From: Candidatus Methylomirabilia bacterium
Lineage (GTDB): Bacteria; Methylomirabilota; Methylomirabilia; Rokubacteriales; CSP1-6
DNA: 12,405 bases
Reading direction: 5' to 3'
Assembly (NCBI GenBank): GCA_041497895.1
Contig: JBGQHJ010000143.1
Location: 1-12,405 of the forward strand
Of the stretch, positions 6,531 to 12,405 are shown one piece after another. The notes under the pieces were generated by a model, which ran no database searches, had not been told where the DNA came from, and worked only from the letters and a program-made list of their open reading frames with translations. Position numbers and translations under genes: made by a program. How positions within the stretch are numbered: position 1 is the first letter of the stretch; every line of letters starts with the position of its first letter.

Positions 6531-7688
6531 TCAGGGGCCGAGGGCGCGCCGCATCCGCTCGAGCCCTTCCGTCAAGACGGCGCGCGGGGTGCCGAAGTTG
6601 AGGCGCACGAAACCCTGGCCCCCGGCCCCGAAGAGGGCCCCGTCGTTGAGGGCCACCTTCGCGCGCTCCAGGAAGAACGTGAAGGGATCGGCGGCGGCCG
6701 GCCCCGCGCCCCGACAATCGAGCCACGCAAGGTAGGTGCCCTCGGGGGCCACCATCGAGACGCCGGGGAGATGTCGCCGTACGTAGTCGATCAGGAAGTC
6801 CCGGTTACCCTCGAGATAGCGCATCAGCTCGTCGAGCCACTCCTGGCCGTCGCGATAGGCGGCCAGCGCCGCGGCGTAGCCCAGGATGTTCACGGACGCC
6901 TGCACGTAGTCACCGCGCGCGGCCATGAACCGCTCGCGCAGCGAGGCGTCCGGGATCACCGCGACCGAGACCTTGAGGCCGGCCAGGTTGAAGGTCTTGC
7001 TCGGGGCCATCAGGGTGATGGTGCGCCGCTCGATCTCGGGCGCGAGCGAGGCGATCGGGACGTGGCGCTGGCCCCCGAAGAGCAGGTCGCAGTGGATCTC
7101 GTCGGCGATGATCGGGATGTCGCGCTCGAGGCAGATCCGCGCCATCCCGGCGAGCTCCTCGCGCGTGAAGACGCGGCCGACCGGGTTGTGCGGGTTGCAG
7201 AGGATGAACGCGCGCGTGCGCGGGTGGATCGCGGCGCGAAAGGCCTCGAGATCGGCCACGTAGCGGCCGTCCCGCTCGCGGCCGAGCGGGGCTCCGTCGC
7301 GGCTGAGCCCGTGGTTGGTCGGGGACCGGAGGATCGGCGGATAGACCGGCAGCTGCATCAGGAGGCCGTCGCCGGGCGCGGTGAGCGCGTGGCAGGCCAC
7401 GTTGAGGCCGGGGATCACGCCCGGGATCAGCACGAGGGCCTCCGGCGCGATCGTCCAGCCGTAACGCTTCTGCACGCGGTCCACGAAGACCTCGGCGAAC
7501 TCCGGTCCCTCGAAGCCGTAGCCGTACACCCCGTGCTCGACGCGCTCCCGCAGCGCCCGCACCACCGGCTCGGGCGAGGGGAAGTCCATGTCCGCCACCC
7601 ACAGGGGCAGGACGTCGGCGGGATACTTGCGCCACTTGTTGCTGTTGGTGGGACGGCGCTCGATGACGCGGTCGAAGTCGTAGGGCAT
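6531..7688 (-). CDS. patB: MalY/PatB family PLP-dependent C-S lyase (cystathionine beta-lyase-like)
   Basis: YDFDRVIERR..SNKW, LPLWVADMDF, HGVYGY, LCNPHNPVGRVF, ADEIHCDL, APSKTFNLAGL (PLP Lys), EGTYLAWLDC and GFVRLNFG. Start ATG 7688 is preferred; GTG 7697 is possible. Confidence 0.93.
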   Translation of the reverse strand: MPYDFDRVIERRPTNSNKWRKYPADVLPLWVADMDFPSPEPVVRALRERVEHGVYGYGFEGPEFAEVFVDRVQKRYGWTIAPEALVLIPGVIPGLNVACHALTAPGDGLLMQLPVYPPILRSPTNHGLSRDGAPLGRERDGRYVADLEAFRAAIHPRTRAFILCNPHNPVGRVFTREELAGMARICLERDIPIIADEIHCDLLFGGQRHVPIASLAPEIERRTITLMAPSKTFNLAGLKVSVAVIPDASLRERFMAARGDYVQASVNILGYAAALAAYRDGQEWLDELMRYLEGNRDFLIDYVRRHLPGVSMVAPEGTYLAWLDCRGAGPAAADPFTFFLERAKVALNDGALFGAGGQGFVRLNFGTPRAVLTEGLERMRRALGP

Positions 7689-7712
7689 GGGGGTCACCGG
7701 GGGGAAGCGGTG

Positions 7713-7792
7713 CCCCTCACCCTGCCCTCTCCCCGGAAGGGAGAGGGTTGCATGCCACCCTCTCCCCGAAGGGGAGAGGGCAGGGTGAGGGG
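7713..7792. repeat. Composite intergenic palindromic repeat (two inverted BoxC/REP-like units)
   Basis: CCCCTCACCCTGCCCTCTCCCC (7713-7734) is the exact reverse complement of GGGGAGAGGGCAGGGTGAGGGG (7771-7792). Each unit also has an internal hairpin: CCCTCTCCC/GGGAGAGGG at 7725-7747 and CCCTCTCCCC-GAA-GGGGAGAGGG at 7758-7780. Confidence 0.9.
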
Positions 7793-7811
7793 AGAATTCA
7801 ACGTGGGGAGA

Positions 7812-8999
<1,188 letters not shown>

Positions 9000-9035
9000 G
9001 GGGGCTCCTTTCTCAGGGGGAGAAGACTGCCCGGG

Positions 9036-9041
9036 AGTATA
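9036..9041 (-). promoter_or_regulatory. Putative sigma-70 -10 element TATACT for the thiolase gene
   Basis: Near-consensus AT-rich hexamer in very GC-rich DNA, 36 nt upstream of ATG 8999 and 2 nt after the fpg stop codon. Confidence 0.6.
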
Positions 9042-9043
9042 CC

Positions 9044-9889
9044 TCAGCGCTGCGCCGAGGGCACCCAGGCCGTGGTGCGGCCCCCGACCGTCTCGTGGCG
9101 GATGTGCTCGCCCCGCACCGTGGTGGCGGGCGGGCCGCCGCGGCGGTGGCCCCAGCGCCGGTGGAAGAGCCACCAGCGCGGGAAGCGATCACTGTCGGAC
9201 CCGGCGCGCACCGCCCCGCCGATCACGGAGCGGATCTTCGCGCGCAGCCGCCCGGCCTCCGCCGCGGACAGGGTGCCCGCCCGCCGCTTGGGGGCGATGC
9301 CGGCCTGGTAGAGCACCTCGTCGGCGATCCAGTTGCCGATGCCCGCCGCGAAGGACTGGTCGAGCAGCACCGCCTTGATCGGCGACCTCCGCTCCCGCAG
9401 CATCGCGTGCAGGCGCGCCGCGGTCGGCAGGGCCCGCCAGGCGTCGAAGCCGAGGGTGCTGATCGGCGGCTCGGTGGGCGGGTCCTGGCGCAGCCGGATG
9501 CGGCCGAGCCGCCGGCCGTCGGCCAGGGCCAGCTCGCCGCCGCCCGCGAAGCGCAGGTGCAGCTTGGTGAAACGCGGCGGCCAGTCGGATCGGCTCATGC
9601 TTCCGTCCGACACCAGGCGAACCGCGCGGCCGGCCGGGACGTGGATGCCGCCGGTCATCCCGAAGTGCAGGCACGGCCACGGCCGCCGGTCCAGCTCGAG
9701 CCAGAGGTGCTTGCCGTGGCGCCGCACCGCCTTCACCCGCCGGCCGACGAGGGCGCGGCGGAAGCGGGCGGGTGCCACGCCCTCGAAGACGATCGGATCG
9801 TCCGCGACGTGGGCCTCGACGATGCGGCGACCGGCCGCGACCTTGTGTGCGGCGCGCCGCGCCGCCTCGACCTCCGGAAGCTCGGGCAT
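9044..9889 (-). CDS. Fpg/Nei family DNA glycosylase/AP lyase, zincless-finger type
   Basis: N-terminal catalytic MPELPEVE, RHGKHL, LHFGMTG and D.RRLGRI. H2TH motif IKAVLLDQSFAAGIGNWIADEVLYQAGIAP. C-terminal GGRTTAWVPSAQ has no CxxC pairs. Confidence 0.93.
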   Translation of the reverse strand: MPELPEVEAARRAAHKVAAGRRIVEAHVADDPIVFEGVAPARFRRALVGRRVKAVRRHGKHLWLELDRRPWPCLHFGMTGGIHVPAGRAVRLVSDGSMSRSDWPPRFTKLHLRFAGGGELALADGRRLGRIRLRQDPPTEPPISTLGFDAWRALPTAARLHAMLRERRSPIKAVLLDQSFAAGIGNWIADEVLYQAGIAPKRRAGTLSAAEAGRLRAKIRSVIGGAVRAGSDSDRFPRWWLFHRRWGHRRGGPPATTVRGEHIRHETVGGRTTAWVPSAQR

Positions 9890-9907
9890 GGGCCGGGGAC
9901 GCGGGGC

Positions 9908-10705
9908 TCAGCCCTCGCCGAACTGGGGCGGGGCCCCGCCGTCGATCACGATGGTCTCGCCGTTCATGAACGAGGACGCCGCGGACGCGAGGAAGATGCA
10001 GGGATAGGCGATCTCCTCGACCTTGCCCCACCGGCCCATGCCCACGCGGGCCGCCACCGTGTCGTAGGCCTTCTTGGCCGCGGCCGGATCCTGCTTGGTG
10101 AGCACGCCCATGTAGCCCTCGGTCTCCACCGGGCCGGGGGCGATGCAGTTCACCCGGATGCCCTTGCGGCCCCAGGCCATGCCGAGCTCGCGGGTGAAGT
10201 TGATCACCGCGGCCTTGGAGGCCCCGTAGTGCGCCATCATGGTCGAGCCGTAGACTCCCGCGATCGACGAGATGTTGATGATGGCGCCGCCGGAGGGCTG
10301 GTCCATCATCTGCTTGCCCGCCCACTTGCAGCCGAAGAAGGTGCCGTTGAGGTTGATGCCGACCACCGTGTTCCAGCCGTTGGCCGAGATGTCCTCGACC
10401 TTGGCCCGGAACGACGCCCCCGCGTTGTTGACCATGACGTCGACGCGGCCCAGCTCCTTCACGGTGCGCTCGACCAGCGACTTGACTTGGTCCTCCTGCC
10501 GGACGTCGAGGGCCACGCAGAACGAGCGGCGGCCCAGCTTCTGGATCTCGGCGGTGACCGGCTCGAGGTTCTCGAGCTTGCGGCTCGCGATCACCACGTC
10601 GGCGCCCGCGCGGGCGAACTCGAGCGCGATCGACTTGCCGATGCCGACTCCGCCTCCGGTGACGATGGCGACCTTGTTCTCGATGGAAAACGGCGACGCG
10701 GCCAT
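9908..10705 (-). CDS. Classical short-chain dehydrogenase/reductase (SDR), probably NADP(H)-dependent
   Basis: TGGGVGIG, ASRK (basic residues after beta-2), NNAG, NISS, YGASK, IRVNCIAPG and GETIVIDGG. SD GGAGGAG. Confidence 0.95.
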   Translation of the reverse strand: MAASPFSIENKVAIVTGGGVGIGKSIALEFARAGADVVIASRKLENLEPVTAEIQKLGRRSFCVALDVRQEDQVKSLVERTVKELGRVDVMVNNAGASFRAKVEDISANGWNTVVGINLNGTFFGCKWAGKQMMDQPSGGAIINISSIAGVYGSTMMAHYGASKAAVINFTRELGMAWGRKGIRVNCIAPGPVETEGYMGVLTKQDPAAAKKAYDTVAARVGMGRWGKVEEIAYPCIFLASAASSFMNGETIVIDGGAPPQFGEG

Positions 10706-10743
10706 GGCTCCTCCAGGGTGAGGGGTTCTCTGAAACCGCGCGG

Positions 10744-10749
10744 ATTATA
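10744..10749 (-). promoter_or_regulatory. Perfect -10 element TATAAT overlapping the stop codon of the RluA-family gene; putative promoter for SDR-fpg
   Basis: The + strand has ATTATA at 10744-10749, 38 nt upstream of SDR ATG 10705. No convincing -35 at canonical spacing. Confidence 0.6.
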
Positions 10750-11548
10750 CCCAGTCGGGAGGCGGCGCGCTCTCGAAGACCACCCGCGCCCCGGTGACCG
10801 GGTGGGTGAAGCCGAGCCGCGTCGCGTGCAGGCAGAGCCGGCCCGCTCCACTCCGCGGCCCGCCGTGGGTCACGTCGCCGACGATCGGCCACCCCGATTC
10901 CGCGAGCTGCACGCGGATCTGGTGCCGGCGTCCCGTGCCGAGGTGCAGCTCGAGCAGGCTGCCCTCCCGGCGCGTCGCGAGGACCCGGTAGTGGGTGATC
11001 GCGACGCGCCCCCGCTCGGCCGAGCGCACCCGGAGCATCCGGTCCTCCGCGAGGCGGCTCTCGAGCGTGCCCTGCTCGTGCGGCGGCCGGCCCTCGACCA
11101 GCGCGCGGTACACGCGCTCGACGCTCCGGGCCTCGAACTGGGCCTGGAGCGCGCGCTTCGCCGCCTCGGACTTGGCGAAGACCAGCAGGCCCGAGGTCTC
11201 GCGATCGAGCCGGTGCACGATGAAGGGGCGCTCACCCTTTGCGGCGAGGTAGTCCCAGAGCAGGCGATACGCGGTGCGCTCCCGCTCCCGCTCGGTGGCG
11301 ATGGTGAGCAGGCCCGCCGGCTTGACCACGACGAGGATCGCGTCGTCCTCGTGCACGAGGGCGAGCCCCCGCGGGAACGGCGCGCTCCGCCGCCCGCCGA
11401 GCGCGACCACCGCGTCGGGTCCGATCTCGAGACGCCCGTCCCGGCACGCGCGCCCGTCGACGGTCACGCGGCCGGTCGCGAGCCACTGCTTGAGGCTCCG
11501 GCCGGAGGCCTCCGGGTAGAGTGCGCGGAGCTGCTCGGCGAGCGTCAC
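10745..11548 (-). CDS. RluA family pseudouridine synthase with an S4-like N-terminus, 267 aa
   Basis: VHEDDAILVVVKPAGLL, VHRLDRETSGLLVFAK (catalytic Asp), YRALVEG, LGTGRRHQIRVQLA..GWPIVGD and LCLHATRLGFTHP. GTG start at 11548 overlaps the upstream TGA (GTGA). Confidence 0.93.
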   Translation of the reverse strand: MTLAEQLRALYPEASGRSLKQWLATGRVTVDGRACRDGRLEIGPDAVVALGGRRSAPFPRGLALVHEDDAILVVVKPAGLLTIATERERERTAYRLLWDYLAAKGERPFIVHRLDRETSGLLVFAKSEAAKRALQAQFEARSVERVYRALVEGRPPHEQGTLESRLAEDRMLRVRSAERGRVAITHYRVLATRREGSLLELHLGTGRRHQIRVQLAESGWPIVGDVTHGGPRSGAGRLCLHATRLGFTHPVTGARVVFESAPPPDWV

Positions 11549-12405
11549 TCGCTGCGCAGCACGCCGAGCGGCCGCCGGCCGAGCAGCCGCCGCGTGCCGA
11601 GGATTCCCACCAGCAGGGCGAGGCCGGTGGCCGCGAGGACGCCCGCCGCCAGGGTGCCGGGCGCCCACTGCCACGGCACGTCGAAGGCCCAGCGCAGCAC
11701 CGCCCAGGCGAGCGCGGCGGCGAGCGCGCTGCCCGCGATCCCGGCCGCGGCCCCGAGCAGCGCGTACTCGACCGCGAACACGCGGGAGACGAAGCCGCGG
11801 GTGGCGCCGAGCGCTTTCAGGATCACCGACTGGTAGAGGCGCTGCTTGCGGGTGATGGCCAGCGCGCCCGCCATCACGATGAGGCCGGCCCCGATGCTGA
11901 AGGCGGCCATCAGCCGCACCGCGAGCGCGATCTGGTCGAGGACCGCGGTCACCCGCTCGAGCACCTCGCGGACCGGGATCGCGGTGACGTTGGGGAAGGC
12001 GGCCACCACCGCCGACTGGAGATGCCCTTCGCGCTCGGGCCGGGCCCGCACGGTGGCGATGAAGGTGGTGGGCGCACCCTCGAGCGCGCCCGGCGAGAAG
12101 ATCACGAAGAAGTTGGAGGTGAGGCTGCGCCAGTCCACGTGCCGGAGGCTCGTGATGCGGGCCGTCACCGCCACGCCCTGGATGTCGAAGGTCAGCGTGT
12201 CCCCGAGCCCGACGCCGAGCTCGCGGGCGATCTCGTCCTCGACCGAGATCAGGGGCTCGCGGGCGGCCTCGGCGGCCGTCCACCAGCGGCCGGCCACGAG
12301 CCGGTTGTGCCCGGGCGGCTCGGCGGCCCACGTGAGCACGTACTCGCGGGTGAGGGCCCAGGTGTCGTCCCGACGCCCCTTGCCGCCCGGCGTGGGCGCC
12401 GCGCC
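11545..12405 (-). CDS. ABC transporter permease, FtsX/MacB-like YbbP family (3' part; start is outside the window)
   Basis: The frame stays open to the window edge (…WALTREYVLTW…). Motifs GRWW, LGVGLGDTLTFDIQG, RHVDWRSLTSNFFVIFSPG, FPNVTAI and ILKALGATR..VFAVEYALLG, plus C-terminal TM helices ending RPLGVLRSE. Confidence 0.9.
   Translation of the reverse strand, partial: GAAPTPGGKGRRDDTWALTREYVLTWAAEPPGHNRLVAGRWWTAAEAAREPLISVEDEIARELGVGLGDTLTFDIQGVAVTARITSLRHVDWRSLTSNFFVIFSPGALEGAPTTFIATVRARPEREGHLQSAVVAAFPNVTAIPVREVLERVTAVLDQIALAVRLMAAFSIGAGLIVMAGALAITRKQRLYQSVILKALGATRGFVSRVFAVEYALLGAAAGIAGSALAAALAWAVLRWAFDVPWQWAPGTLAAGVLAATGLALLVGILGTRRLLGRRPLGVLRSE

Noticed and set aside
7713..7792. CRISPR repeat or IS-end interpretation of the intergenic repeat
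   Set aside because: There are only two units, in inverted orientation, with no spacers, cas genes, transposase or clear target-site duplication.
9000..9173. N-terminal extension of the thiolase ORF
   Set aside because: It overlaps fpg. ATG 8999 has a good SD and the canonical thiolase N-terminus.
9095..11836. 913-aa + strand ORF
   Set aside because: Antisense shadow across four genuine - strand genes; no domain signature.
11549..12331. N-terminal extension making the RluA-family ORF 528 aa (possible fusion)
   Set aside because: It overlaps the permease in another frame and reads as low-complexity Arg-rich sequence. The GTGA-coupled start at 11548 gives a normal-length enzyme.

Overview
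Very GC-rich bacterial chromosomal window with 12 well-supported CDSs and no rRNA, tRNA, CRISPR array or transposase. The left arm (+ strand) looks like an envelope-stress module: a small 2-TM/Zn-ribbon protein, an exported TPR protein, a DegP/DegQ (HtrA, 2xPDZ) protease and an RpoD-like sigma-70 factor lacking region 1.1. Two promoters in this arm share one architecture: 11-bp-phased TCTCAY-like hexamers ending exactly 10 bp upstream of a TANNNT-type -10 box, typical of OmpR/PhoB-family control. One faces left out of the window and one drives TPR-htrA(-sigma). Converging on this arm from the - strand is a small lipoprotein plus FecR/DUF6600-like Pro-rich protein pair with a candidate ECF-sigma promoter. 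The right arm (- strand) is mostly housekeeping: a partial YbbP-like ABC permease, an RluA-family pseudouridine synthase, an SDR, a zinc-finger-less Fpg/Nei glycosylase, a thiolase and a MalY/PatB C-S lyase. A BoxC-like composite inverted repeat lies between the last two genes. All family assignments come from motif recognition by eye; no searches were run.
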